A stretch of 63,716 nt of DNA, the filler included, from Octopus bimaculoides (Eukaryota), in assembly GCF_001194135.2 (NCBI RefSeq). It is 5 parts of 5 records of this genome, joined end to end, with 100 filler letters (N's around TTAATTAATTAA, not from the genome) between each part and the next. Parts side by side here need not be neighbours in the genome. Positions count along the whole stretch, not along the records: positions 28,766 to 38,983 come from NC_069004.1; positions 39,084 to 45,540 come from NC_068981.1; positions 45,641 to 55,448 come from NC_068989.1; 2 more parts are not named here. One strand, written 5' to 3'. How positions within the stretch are numbered: the first letter of the stretch is position 1; the number at the start of each line of letters is the position of its first letter. This document shows, piece after piece, positions 36,909-51,157 of this stretch. A program made the translations under genes and the position numbers. The notes under the pieces were generated by a model that worked only from the letters and a program-made list of their open reading frames with translations, ran no database searches and had not been told where the DNA came from.

Positions 36909-37356
36909 TGAGAGAGAGAGGGGGAGAGAGAGATATATACATACTGGCACACATATGCATGTGTGTGAGTATGTGTGTATATATATGTATACATATATAA
37001 ACACACACACACACACATGTATAGACATATAATTCAATGAGCTATATGTGTGTGTATACATCTATATGGATATAATTCAATGCATTTGACATCCACACTT
37101 CAATAATATTTTCACCTGAACAGTTATAATGTTATTTACATATTTATATCTCTCTGGGAGACAAATATCATGAAGCGGGGGAGGGGGAGCGGGGAGGAAG
37201 TATTGGCTCTTATGTCTTCCTATCTCCTACTTACTTCCATTTCCTATCTCCCCCCTCTCTCTCACACACACATACACAATCTCCCCAAGTACTAAATATA
37301 CTGACCTAAATAATATGTGAAATAATGATCATAAATATCTATATGTACATCTGTCA

Positions 37357-37434
<78 letters not shown>

Positions 37435-37445
37435 GGGCAAGGTGA

Positions 37446-37491
<46 letters not shown>

Positions 37492-38934
37492 ATCAAATAA
37501 ACAAATATTAGAAATAGCAATAATGAAACAAGAAGACGTGCACATGGAATGTATTAGTTATGATGCTTGGTAAGAAGATAATATATACACAAACATATAC
37601 ATAGATACACATATATATGTATATAAATATATATACATACATAGATATGCATATATACATACAGGCATACAGACTTGCATGTATGTGTGTGTGTCTGGTG
37701 TCCTTTGGGAGCTGGGATCTGTATGCTTTGAACCCATTATGCCTCCTGCAGGTTGTCTGATGCACAAGTGGCTTGCACATTCACATTTGCAATACAGATT
37801 TTATGCATGTGGGAATTCTTACAGAAAATATTATTTTTTTACCGCTATTGTCAAATGTGTGTGTGGGGGTGGATACGAAGATGTGTATATACATGTATAC
37901 GTGTGTATATATATATGTATATATGTATATAGGTGCAGGCATGGCTGTGTGGTAAGAAGCTTGCTTCACAACCACCTGGTTCCAGGTTCAGTCCCACTGC
38001 ATGGCAACTTGTGCAAGTGTCTTCTACTGTAAGCCTGGGGGCCAACCAATGCTGCATGAGTGCTTTTGGTGGACAGAAACTGTTTGGAAGTCCTTGAAAC
38101 GTAAAGAAGCAGACCACCTTCTATAAGACATCTTGATACTCTTGCAATCCAACCAGTCCACCTCCTGGAATTGGGTTTTTTTTTTTCTTTAATGAAACCC
38201 CAGCAAAATAAAACACAAAATTTGGCCTTCACAGTATTTGTACTCTGAACTCCAAGAGCCAAACCAAATATTAAAAGGCACTTCTATCCACATTCTAACA
38301 ACTCTGTTAATTTACTGCTTTTCAGAAAGAAACAAACAATAATTCTTGGGTTTGAAAGACAAAAAAATAGCAAAGATTGGATTTTCTTGAAAGTTCCATG
38401 TATACATTGTGTCTTTTTTTATTCAATTATTTTTGGGGGAATTTTTTTAGTTTTGATTTTTGATCTTTTCTTTTTCGTATCTTATTTTCCTTCTTTTTTT
38501 TTATTATTATAACATTATTCATTTCTTCCTTTTTTTTCTCTACTATCATTCCCCACCCCCATCTGCCACTCTCTCGCTGTCCTATCTCTCTCTCTCTCCC
38601 TCCCTCTCTCCCGCTCTCCTCATATATTTCTATCAGATGTCACAATATTTGTTGGATCACCATTATCTCTGGTTATTTGTCAATCAGATTTATCTTTCAG
38701 CAACAACAACAACATTAGCACCAACATCACCACCACCAACAACAACAGCAACAGCAATTGCAACATAAATAAATAAATGAATAATGATAACATCAACAAC
38801 AACAACAGAAACAATAACACCAACAACAACAACAACAAATGTGTTTTCTGAAGCGTTTAATATTAGTTTCAAATTCTGGGTGAGGGTGAGAGTCAATTAC
38901 ATCAACCCTCATTGTATGACTGGTATTTATTTAC

Positions 38935-38983
<49 letters not shown>

Positions 38984-39083
38984 NNNNNNNNNNNNNNNNN
39001 NNNNNNNNNNNNNNNNNNNNNNNNNNNTTAATTAATTAANNNNNNNNNNNNNNNNNNNNNNNNNNNNNNNNNNNNNNNNNNNN

Positions 39084-39129
<46 letters not shown>

Positions 39130-39454
39130 AAGTGTTCCATAGCACTCTGATTTTGACCACATGAATTTACATACATGCTCGAAAGGACTTATAAACACTC
39201 AGTCTTTAACATCAGACATAACTTAGTGGGTGCCACCGAACTATAGTCAACAAAGTTTTTAAATAACAAACAACATTCCCTCCTGAACATCCACTCCTTT
39301 TGATCAACCCACAATCACTGCTATATAAATAATAACTTTTCCTCCTGTTGTTTACTTCCCACTGTTTATTATACTTTATTTTTTTTTATACTCTCTCTGT
39401 CCGTCCGTCTGTCTGTCTGTCTCTTTCTCTCTCTCTTTATATATATATATAATA

Positions 39455-39640
39455 AGGAGAATTCACAAAAAACAAAAAAAAAACAAAAAAAAAAACAAAA
39501 GACGAAGTCAGGTGGTGTAGACAACAAACAAATGTATTAGTATAACGCTCGAGAAGTGAAAATGTCTTTAACGTTTCGAGCCTACGCTCTTCCACAGAAA
39601 GGGACACAGAAAGAAACAAGGAAAGAAAAAAAGGAATGTG
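39455..39640 (-). mobile_element. Penelope-like terminal repeat with a hammerhead-like motif, copy 3
   Basis: The - strand reads CCCTTTCTGTGGAAGAGCGTAGGCTCGAAACGTTAAAGAC plus the shared downstream sequence. Confidence 0.55.
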
Positions 39641-39728
39641 TAGTGGCTATCGATCTGTCATGGCGAATGCCGGACAGAAGAGTCACACAGGAGAGGTAAG
39701 AAGAAGGGGAGATAATAAAGTAGTGGTG

Positions 39729-39760
<32 letters not shown>

Positions 39761-40214
39761 ATAGAATAGGCGTGACGGTGTGGTAAGAAGCTTGCTTTCC
39801 AACCACATGGTCCCGGATTGAGTCTCACTGCGTGGTACCTTGGGCAAATGTCTTCTACCATAGCCTCGGGCCGGCCAATGAAGCCCATCGCACATATGTG
39901 TGTGTGTATATATATATATATATATAATTCAATAATAAGATAAAGTCTTTATACGAATTTATGAAGTAGTTATCGTGAAAAAACCTCATAAGGGAAAAAA
40001 AACCCATCATTTTACACTATAAATATATTTAATTTATATAAGGGCATTATTATACAATAACGCCTCACGCTAAGAGGGACTCCGTGTGCTTGTGTGTGTA
40101 TACATATACGTATATGGGCGCGCATGTGTTTTATAAAACATAAAATGCCAAATGCCATACATGTTTTCTGTATGTGATTAATTCTCTTGCGTGGCTCGTA
40201 TTCTGCACACTAAC

Positions 40215-40400
40215 CTATCCTGTGCTTTTATTCCCCGCGTCGTATCATGCTGAGTATAGAAGTGGAGTGATGGACCACCCGCTGAGCCCGAACTTCAGTT
40301 ACTTGTCGCGCCACACAACGCGCGCGCACACACACATTAGCGCGCGCATGCGCATTTATAGAATCATACACAGCAGAAGCGCATAAAATGCATTAAGACA
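40215..40400. promoter_or_regulatory. CpG-rich promoter-like element with an NRF1-type motif
   Basis: CpG cluster with GCGCATGCGC at 40344-40353, TATAAAT on the - strand immediately beside it, and a - strand donor (GGATAG|GTTAGT) near 40217. Confidence 0.3.
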
Positions 40401-40518
40401 ATTCAGCTAACCTAGGAACCTCAACGCGGTTGTTCGCTCTACTAGAAATATCAACCTTTCTCAAATCATCCACGTCGAACGTCGAACCTCCCATCTGGTA
40501 TTCTTGCTAGATATGTGC

Positions 40519-40549
<31 letters not shown>

Positions 40550-40784
40550 CCACCCCCTCGCTCTCTCTGTCTCTGTCTGTCTGTCTGTCTGTCTCTGTCT
40601 GTCTGTCTGTCTCTGTCTGTTTGCCTGTCTGTCTCTGTCTGTTTGCCTGTCTGTCTGTCTCTCTCTCTCTTTTTCCCTCTCCCTCTGTCTGTCTGTTTGT
40701 CTGCCTGTCTGTCTGTCTCTCTCTGTCTCTCTACTGTTATTCTTATGGTCTCCGCGGTGCTAATAATCCATTCTATTATAGGCA

Positions 40785-41095
40785 TAAGGCCTGAAATTTG
40801 GGGGAGGGGGATAATCAATTACATCGATCCCCAGTACTCAACTGGTACTCAGTTTATCGACCCCGACAGGATGAACGGTAAAGTCGACCTCAGCGGAATT
40901 TGAACTGAGAACGTAGCGACCGACGGGTGAAATACCGCTAAGCATTTCTGTCCAGCGTGCTAGCGATGCTTTTCTGCTCTAGGCACAAGGCCTGAAATTT
41001 GGCGGGAGGGGGCTAGTCGATTAGATCGACCTCAGTACTCAAGTGGTACATAACTTATCGATCCCGAAAGGATGAAAGGCAAAGTCGACCTCGCT
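40785..41095 (-). mobile_element. Two tandem SINE family C segments
   Basis: Reverse complement of family C; AAGGCCTGAAATTT...AAAGTCGACCTC occurs twice. Confidence 0.72.
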
Positions 41096-41865
41096 GTTAA
41101 TAAGGTTTGTACTTTGTTGTTTTTGATACTTTATTATTGTTTAACACACAATAAGCTCTGACTGAGCAAGCGTATGATCAAAGGCGTTCCAGATGTCTTG
41201 GATTACGTCATCCAAATATATATTCTTTGTATGTGATTCGTTGGAGATTTAGCTTCTATGTCTAGCAGGTATAGTGACTGCGTGGAGGTTCCATCACTGG
41301 TCGTTGATAACGTCAGAGTTGTCACCATCGTAGCTGTTGCGGTTCTTTATCATCGTTGCCGGCCTTGCTTTTGTTATCGCCGACTCATTAGTAGTGGCTT
41401 CCAATGAAACAAGACAATAACAGTCCCATCCATCGGTAGGAAGGGCTTTCTAAGTGCGTCTCTCTACTACAGCAGATCATAAAACGCTGTCACCTAATTA
41501 ATTATCACGGTTTCAATCTATATGTGAGCAAGGTTGGTAATAATCAATGTTTAAAAGTCCATTTATATCCCCCTTGAGGTCTTCGTATGAATTAATTACG
41601 CTTGCAATCTCATTGCAATCAGTTTCTTGCCTCTGCAGCAAATGAAAATGTTACGGCTATGGTTTATAATTACTCTGAGATTGGCTGCTATATATATCGT
41701 ACCTTTCCTCATGCTTATCCTTTCATGCCTCTCTGCCGCTCTTGCTACCCCCCATCTCTCTCTCTATCATTCTTTCTTTATTCTCTCTCTCTCTCTCGTA
41801 TTATATAATCACATCTCTATTCTTTCCCGTTACCCCTTCACAGACACATATACAACACATTTTGC

Positions 41866-41951
<86 letters not shown>

Positions 41952-41991
41952 GTCTGTCTGTCTGTATGTATGTCTGTTTCACTGTCTGTCT

Positions 41992-42046
<55 letters not shown>

Positions 42047-42605
42047 ATCTATCTGTCTATCTATCTATCTATCAACATCTCTGCTACTCCTTAATTTAAT
42101 CAATCAGCCATTCAGTGAAGCTTTCTTTTTTTTTTTCCTTTTCCCGCTCTGCCTATCTGTCACCCTCTCTGTCTCACTTTCTGTGTGTGTCTCTCTCTCT
42201 CATTCTACTTCTTTCTCTCTCTCTCATTCTACTTCTTTCTCTCTCTTCCTCCCTCTCTCTTCCTCCCTCTCTCCCTCCCTCCTCATCTCTCTCTGTTATT
42301 CATCACCTGTTTCTCAATATTCCTGTCTCTCTCTCATTCTACTTTTCTCTTTCCTCTCTCATTCTACTTCTCTCTCCCTCTTTCTCTCTCTTTCTCTCTC
42401 TTTCTCTTTCTCTGTCTGTCTGCCTCTCTCTCTCTCTCACACACTTATACACACACAGCACCATAGTCCTGATTTTGTTCCCTTCACAGCTTTAACTATC
42501 ATCACATTAGATGTTTATTAGCGATGTCCACTAAGGCCTCAAAAGAGTTAATATTCTGACGGCCAAGTTCGAACCCGGCTGTAGCAATATTTTAATATAA
42601 TATAA

Positions 42606-42820
42606 GGTGGCGAACTGGCAAAACCGTTAGCACGCCCGGCAAAATACTTAGCGGCACTTCGTCCGTCTTTACGTTCTGAGTTCGAATGCTGAGTGGGGTC
42701 GACTTTGCCTTTTATCCTTTCGGTGGGAGATAAAATAATTGCAAGTTGAGCACAGGTGGGGTCGATGTAATCGATTTATTCCTAAATCAGAACTTCTGTC
42801 CTTGTTCCAAAATTTGAAAT
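42606..42820 (+). mobile_element. SINE family C
   Basis: GGTGGCGAACTGGCAAAACCGTTAGCACGCCCGGC head; abuts a family B copy tail to tail. Confidence 0.7.
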
Positions 42821-42825
42821 CAATA

Positions 42826-43242
42826 TACTCTTTTACTCTTTTACCTGTTTCAATCATTTGACTGCGGCCATGCTAGAGCACCGCCTTTAGTCGAGCAAAT
42901 CGACCCCAGGACTTATTCGTTGTAAGTCTAGTGCTTATTCTATCGGTCTATTTTTCCGAATCGCTATGTTACGGGGGTGTAAACACACCAGCATCGGTTG
43001 TCAAGCAATGTTTGGGGGACAAACACAGACGCACGAACATATATACACACATACATATATATATATATGTATATATACGATGGGCTTCTTTCAGTTTCCG
43101 TCTACCAAATCCACTCACAAGGCTTTGGTCGGCCCGAGGCTATAATAGAAGACACTTGCCCAAGGTGCCACGCAGTGAGTCTGAACCCGGAAACATGTGG
43201 TTGGTAAGCAAGCTACTTACCACATAGCCACTCCTGCGCCTA
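42826..43242 (-). mobile_element. SINE family B, full length
   Basis: Colinear with the 14432-14831 copy. Confidence 0.87.
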
Positions 43243-44456
43243 TATCATAACAATATATTAAAATCTATAGCGCTAAATTTTAATTTATGGAGCTGCTTGG
43301 AAGATTGTGTATAGAAATAGCATTCCAAGAGTATTTACCCTTTATCTTTTGTTTGTTTCAAACACTGGACTGCGGCCATGCTAGAGCACTGTTTAGTCGG
43401 ACGAATCAACTCCAGTACTTACATTCGGTCTCTTTAGTCAAACAGCTAACGTACACAGATGTAAACAAACCAGCACCGGCTGGCAAGCGGTGAGTGTGAG
43501 TGACACACACACACAAACACACACACTCACTCATAGACATACACACAGACAGACATACATATATGTATTTCTGTATGTGTGAATGTGTGTGTTTGTGTGA
43601 ATGTGTGTGTGTGTGTGTGTGTGTGTTTGTGTGAGTGCCCCTGGGATACAATGCTATATAGATAGATAGACAGACAGATAGATAGATCAACAGAGAGACT
43701 GACAGACATATAGAAATGTAGATAGATATACAGACTGAAAAATATAGAGAGATACAGTGACGGCTTGATAGTTGCAAATATAGATAAATAGATAGTTAGA
43801 TCGATATATCGTGTGTATACGTGTGCCTGCGAATGAAATAATATGAAAAAAAACAGAAACGATATTAAGTACATGCTGTAACATGTGTAAGCAAGTGTAA
43901 AAATAAGTAACATATAGCAGAGCAATTGCCTTTGGGAAGGCCAATTGCTGTAAAAGGAAGGAGTTATTAAGCAATCCCCTCTAGTTTAGTTACAACGACA
44001 GCAACGATTTCTGGCTGTCACCTCGGCAGAAAAGAGGCGATTAAATGTGTGAATTTTGACACATTTATTGAGCATCGATCTATCAATCAGTTGTTCACTG
44101 AAGTTTATTTATTCTTCCTCTGCTCCTTAACTTGCCTTTGTCTATGTGTATTTATGTGCATGCGTATGCATACGTGTGCATGTTTCTGCGCGCATGTGCG
44201 CGTGTGTATGTGTGTGCATCTTCGTATATGAGTGTATCAAGGATACTAAGACACATTTCTACATTCATCCCTCGTTCTCGCTCAATGTCTCTCTCTCTCT
44301 CAGTACATAAATAGGCAAGTGCGAGTACAAACACACACACGCACACACACATACACACACACACACACACACAATCATGCACATATACGCCTATATTCAC
44401 ATACATGCATTCATACATTTATATAAACTGTTATTGAGTATGTGTGTGTATATATG

Positions 44457-44503
<47 letters not shown>

Positions 44504-44808
44504 NNNNNNNNNNNNNNNNNNNNNNNNNNNNNNNNNNNNNNNNNNNNNNNNNNNNNNNNNNNNNNNNNNNNNNNNNNNNNNNNNNNNNNNNNNNNNNNNN
44601 NNNNNNNNNNNNNNNNNNNNNNNNNNNNNNNNNNNNNNNNNNNNNNNNNNNNNNNNNNNNNNNNNNNNNNNNNNNNNNNNNNNNNNNNNNNNNNNNNNNN
44701 NNNNNNNNNNNNNNNNNNNNNNNNNNNNNNNNNNNNNNNNNNNNNNNNNNNNNNNNNNNNNNNNNNNNNNNNNNNNNNNNNNNNNNNNNNNNNNNNNNNN
44801 NNNNNNNN

Positions 44809-44853
<45 letters not shown>

Positions 44854-45470
44854 TTACACACACGCACTCGGTCACACGCATAAACATATGTGTGTGTATG
44901 TGTGTGTGTGCGTGTGTGTATGTACGTATATGTGAATGTGTGCGTACGGATGCACATATTCTACAGCATCTATCCATCTTACTTGATATCTCGAAAATTC
45001 TCGAAAATTCTTTCCTATTTGTTTTATAAACTTTGGTATTCTTACTTTTCCTCAACTTGTATTTTAATTTTCTTTTCGTGCAGTTCTCTTTTTTCATTTC
45101 GTTTTGTATGGCACTCAAAAATGTGTGTGTGTGTGTGTATCATCCCAGCACAGATACTCAGTCTCGTAGACACACACGCATAGGGTGCTGTATAGTTAAA
45201 TGGTTTAATAGTTCGCTTCGCAATCGCGCGGCACCAATTTCGATCACACTGCGGGCATCTTGAGCCGATGTAATTTTCTGTAGACTAGGGGGAAACCTGT
45301 GTTTTGTGAGTGAAATTGTATAAAGAAAAACTGTATAGGAAATTGTCTGTTAGAATTTGCATGTAATTCAAACAGTACAGTCATGTCACAGTTCTTGCCT
45401 GCAGATTTTGGTGTGGGAATGCGTATGTCTGTGTCTATGTTCTCTTAGACAAAGATGCACAGTCACAAAG

Positions 45471-45540
<70 letters not shown>

Positions 45541-46137
45541 NNNNNNNNNNNNNNNNNNNNNNNNNNNNNNNNNNNNNNNNNNNNTTAATTAATTAANNNN
45601 NNNNNNNNNNNNNNNNNNNNNNNNNNNNNNNNNNNNNNNNTATATAAACATATGTATGAACGTATGAATGATTTTCTGTACGCTGCAATATAAAAAACCG
45701 CCATTTTGAGAAACTCGAGAATATTAAAGTCATTCAAGTTGTAAAAGAAATGGAAGAAAACAGAGCATTAAATTAGAATACGATCTTATATTTAATTTCT
45801 TATGCACACACACACACACACACGCACACACACGTACACACACACGCACACACACATACACACACATACATACATATATATACACACACACACACACACA
45901 TATATACATATATATATATATATATATACGCAATTACACACATATATATATATATATGCATATATATATATATGCATTTACACACATATATTTATATATA
46001 CATATATTTACAACTGTATATATACATGTACTTTTATATCATGCATATATGTATACATACATCTGTAAATGTCTGTATATATATACATACATATATGTGT
46101 GTGTGTGTGTGTAAGTAGTATATATATATATAAATAT

Positions 46138-46205
<68 letters not shown>

Positions 46206-46491
46206 AAATATATACATGTATATACGCATATATACATATGTATACATTTGTAAATATGTGTATATATGTGTGTGTTTATATATATCAATAATTTTTAAAT
46301 GTGTTGAGTACTTTATTGAATACCGGTCTTCTTGATCATATGAAGAAGATCAGGAAGCGTACATCGATACGTATGTATATATGTATGTATGTTTGTTTGT
46401 GTGTGTGTTTGTGTGCGTTTATGTATATATCAAACTATCTTTCAATGGATACATACGCACGCATGGACACGCATATAAATAATCTTTTCTA

Positions 46492-46915
46492 CTCTAGGCA
46501 CAACGCCCGAAATTTTTGGGGTAGGGGGCTAGTCGATTAGATTGCCCCCAGTGCACAACTGGTACTTAATTTATCGATACTGAACGGATGAAAGGCAAGT
46601 CGACTTCGGCGGAATTTGAACTTAGAACGCTAAGACGGACGAAATACCGCTAAGCATTTCGCCCGGCATGCTAACGTTTCTACCAGCTCGCCGCATTATA
46701 TATATTTATTACTTTATTGCTCACAAGGGGCTAAACAGAGAGAGAACAAAGAAGGACAGACAAAGGGAGTAAGTTGATTACATCGACCCCTGTGTGTAAT
46801 CGATCCCGAAAAAGTGAAAGTTGACCTCGGTGGAATTCGAACTCAGAACGTAACGGCAGACAAAATACCGTTAAGCATTTCGCCCAGCGTGACAACGATT
46901 CTGCCAGCTCACCGC
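46492..46915 (-). mobile_element. Two tandem SINE family C copies
   Basis: Both end in ...CCAGCTCGCCG/CCAGCTCACCG, the reverse of the head. Confidence 0.75.
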
Positions 46916-47178
46916 GTAACACGTATATAAATATTGATAAGTATATGTAGTTATATTTATACACACACTCGTATAGATACTCACGTCTCTGCATATGTAT
47001 CTGTGTATGTATATGTATATATGGTTATATATATGCATATGCATATATGATTATATGGTTATATGCACACACATGCATATATGTGTAAAAGTGTGTATAA
47101 ACATACATATATAACAATGCATGCAAAAGTATGTGTAAATGTATACATGTGTGCATAAATATATATATATGTTTGTGT

Positions 47179-47212
<34 letters not shown>

Positions 47213-48271
47213 GAGTGTATCTATGTATGCATATATATATAGAGAGAGAGAGTGAGAGAGAGAGTGAGAGAGAGAGAGAAAGAGAGAGTGAGAGAGAGAA
47301 AGAGAGGGAGATAAATAGTTAGACAGTTATATATANNNNNNNNNNNNNNNNNNNNNNNNNNNNNNNNNNNNNNNNNNNNNNNNNNNNNNNNNNNNNNNNN
47401 NNNNNNNNNNNNNNNNNNNNNNNNNNNNNNNNNNNNNNNNNNNNNNNNNNNNNNNNNNNNNNNNNNNNNNNNNNNNNNNNNNNNNNNNNNNNNNNNNNNN
47501 NNNNNNNNNNNNNNNNNNNNNNNNNNNNNNNNNNNNNNNNNNNNNNNNNNNNNNNNNNNNNNNNNNNNNNNNNNNNNNNNNNNNNNNNNNNNNNNNNNNN
47601 NNNNNNNNNNNNNNNNNNNNNNNNNNNNNNNNNNNNNNNNNNNNNNNNNNNNNNNNNNNNNNNNNNNNNNNNNNNNNNNNNNNNNNNNNNNNNNNNNNNN
47701 NNNNNNNNNNNNNNNNNNNNNNNNNNNNNNNNNNNNNNNNNNNNNNNNNNNNNNNNNNNNNNNNNNNNNNNNNNNNNNNNNNNNNNNNNNNNNNNNNNNN
47801 NNNNNNNNNNNNNNNNNNNNNNNNNNNNNNNNNNNNNNNNNNNNNNNNNNNNNNNNNNNNNNNNNNNNNNNNNNNNNNNNNNNNNNNNNNNNNNNNNNNN
47901 NNNNNNNNNNNNNNNNNNNNNNNNNNNNNNNNNNNNNNNNNNNNNNNNNNNNNNNNNNNNNNNNNNNNNNNNNNNNNNNNNNNNNNNNNNNNNNNNNNNN
48001 NNNNNNNNNNNNNNNNNNNNNNNNNNNNNNNNNNNNNNNNNNNNNNNNNNNNNNNNNNNNNNNNNNNNNNNNNNNNNNNNNNNNNNNNNNNNNNNNNNNN
48101 NNNNNNNNNNNNNNNNNNNNNNNNNNNNNNNNNNNNNNNNNNNNNNNNNNNNNNNNNNNNNNNNNNNNNNNNNNNNNNNNNNNNNNNNNNNNNNNNNNNN
48201 NNNNNNNNNNNNNNNNNNNNNNNNNNNNNNNNNNNNNNNNNNNNNNNNNNNNNNNNNNNNNNNNNNNNNNN

Positions 48272-48320
<49 letters not shown>

Positions 48321-48570
48321 TACTTATATACATATATGTATATTCATACATATATGCATATATATATGTTTATATGTGTATATATAACTGTATATATGTG
48401 CATATGTACATATGTCTATATAAAGTTATATATACATGCACATACATACACATACACACACACGCATATATATACAGTAGAACCTCGGCTTTCAAACAAC
48501 TCTGATCACGAATAAATCGTGCTTTATTAACCTGTCTCTCTGTCTCCCTCTGTCTCTCTCTGTCTCTCTC

Positions 48571-48647
<77 letters not shown>

Positions 48648-48772
48648 CACGATCTGTATATGTAAATTTTAAAATTTTGTCAACACCTTACTTGATAAAG
48701 AGCTTGTGTTCAAAACATCGTGCAGTTTTTGTGCTAATTTCCCAACATATATGAGTATACTTGCATATATAT

Positions 48773-48905
48773 ATATATAAAAATTCAATAATAGGACGAA
48801 TTCTTTTACAAGAATTTATCAAGTAGCTAGCGTGAAAAAAACCCACGCTAGCTACTTGATGAATTCTTGTAAAAGAATTCGCCCTATTATTGAATTTTTA
48901 TATAT
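48773..48905. repeat. Near-perfect hairpin (about 62-bp arms, about 9-nt loop)
   Basis: ATAAAAATTCAATAATAGG...GTAGCTAGCGTG aaaaaaacc CACGCTAGCTAC...CCTATTATTGAATTTTTAT. Confidence 0.88.
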
Positions 48906-49430
48906 TACCAGAATATATTCAGTGCTGAATTTATTCTGAGTAAGAGGCATATTTACCGAGATGCAATTCGATATTCCCGCCACTTACATAGGGAAATAGC
49001 GATGAACAGTCGTCTATATACTATGCTGGATACATGGTATTCGTTTGGTATGTTGATTCACTGTTTATTTCTATTTTTCTGGACCATATTATACTGACGA
49101 GTAGAGGTTGTATAATACTACAATAACTACGAAATCATGAATTATGATTTAATCTGTTTTTAAGGGGTTGGCTTTGAGAATTGCATTTCCTCGCATTCGG
49201 TAAAAATGTGCTCTTTTATAGTAGTCTGACCTTAGAGTCCCTCATGGCGTGAGGCGTTATTATATAGTAATGCCCTTATATAAATATGCATATATATATA
49301 TATATATAGATATATATATATATATATATATACACATAAAATATGTAAATATATAAATATATGTATATATACATATATACATACATATGTACGTATATAT
49401 ATGTATGTATGTGTGTATGTATGTATGTAT

Positions 49431-49470
<40 letters not shown>

Positions 49471-50171
49471 GTATATNNNNNNNNNNNNNNNNNNNNNNNN
49501 NNNNNNNNNNNNNNNNNNNNNNNNNNNNNNNNNNNNNNNNNNNNNNNNNNNNNNNNNNNNNNNNNNNNNNNNNNNNNNNNNNNNNNNNNNNNNNNNNNNN
49601 NNNNNNNNNNNNNNNNNNNNNNNNNNNNNNNNNNNNNNNNTATATATATATATATATATACTTATATATACATATATATATATACATATACATATATATA
49701 TATACATATATATATATATATTTTATCACGTGTAAATCCTTACCGTATGTTTTTTGGGTCTGCTGCTCGTTAGATGTCAGTATCACGTAGCTAGCTTATC
49801 ATTGAATTATATAATATAACGTGAAATATCCATTGCGTACAGGGAAGGATTACAATATATCTGTTTTGACAATGTAATTGTAATCATGGATTAAAGGTTT
49901 ATCATAGATTATTGTGGTTATCTACATTCGCATCATTAACGACGTGGATCTTATATCTAAGTCCATCCGGATTAATCCTCAACATTAATCCATAATTTAT
50001 TTCTTTTGTTTTGCTGAGTTTTATAGCATATATATTAGTGTATAAGTAAAGTGTCTGTGTGTGTATTCATGTATTTTCAGGAAAATATATGTTTGCCTAC
50101 ATATATACACATACTTACATATGTGTGAGCGTGCGCTTGCGTATGCGTGCTGTATGTGTATGACATATATA

Positions 50172-50210
<39 letters not shown>

Positions 50211-51111
50211 NNNNNNNNNNNNNNNNNNNNNNNNNNNNNNNNNNNNNNNNNNNNNNNNNNNNNNNNNNNNNNNNNNNNNNNNNNNNNNNNNNNNNNNNNN
50301 NNNNNNNNNNNNNNNNNNNNNNNNNNNNNNNNNNNNNNNNNNNNNNNNNNNNNNNNNNNNNNNNNNNNNNNNNNNNNNNNNNNNNNNNNNNNNNNNNNNN
50401 NNNNNNNNNNNNNNNNNNNNNNNNNNNNNNNNNNNNNNNNNNNNNNNNNNNNNNNNNNNNNNNNNNNNNNNNNNNNNNNNNNNNNNNNNNNNNNNNNNNN
50501 NNNNNNNNNNNNNNNNNNNNNNNNNNNNNNNNNNNNNNNNNNNNNNNNNNNNNNNNNNNNNNNNNNNNNNNNNNNNNNNNNNNNNNNNNNNNNNNNNNNN
50601 NNNNNNNNNNNNNNNNNNNNNNNNNNNNNNNNNNNNNNNNNNNNNNNNNNNNNNNNNNNNNNNNNNNNNNNNNNNNNNNNNNNNNNNNNNNNNNNNNNNN
50701 NNNNNNNNNNNNNNNNNNNNNNNNNNNNNNNNNNNNNNNNNNNNNNNNNNNNNNNNNNNNNNNNNNNNNNNNNNNNNNNNNNNNNNNNNNNNNNNNNNNN
50801 NNNNNNNNNNNNNNNNNNNNNNNNNNNNNNNNNNNNNNNNNNNNNNNNNNNNNNNNNNNNNNNNNNNNNNNNNNNNNNNNNNNNNNNNNNNNNNNNNNNN
50901 NNNNNNNNNNNNNNNNNNNNNNNNNNNNNNNNNNNNNNNNNNNNNNNNNNNNNNNNNNNNNNNNNNNNNNNNNNNNNNNNNNNNNNNNNNNNNNNNNNNN
51001 NNNNNNNNNNNNNNNNNNNNNNNNNNNNNNNNNNNNNNNNNNNNNNNNNNNNNNNNNNNNNNNNNNNNNNNNNNNNNNNNNNNNNNNNNNNNNNNNNNNN
51101 NNNNNNNNNNN

Positions 51112-51157
<46 letters not shown>

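Noticed and set aside
45685-45700. YY1-like CCGCCATTTT motif, read as a possible ATGGCG start on the - strand
   Set aside because: It is an isolated motif at a contig edge, with no CpG island and no sustained ORF.
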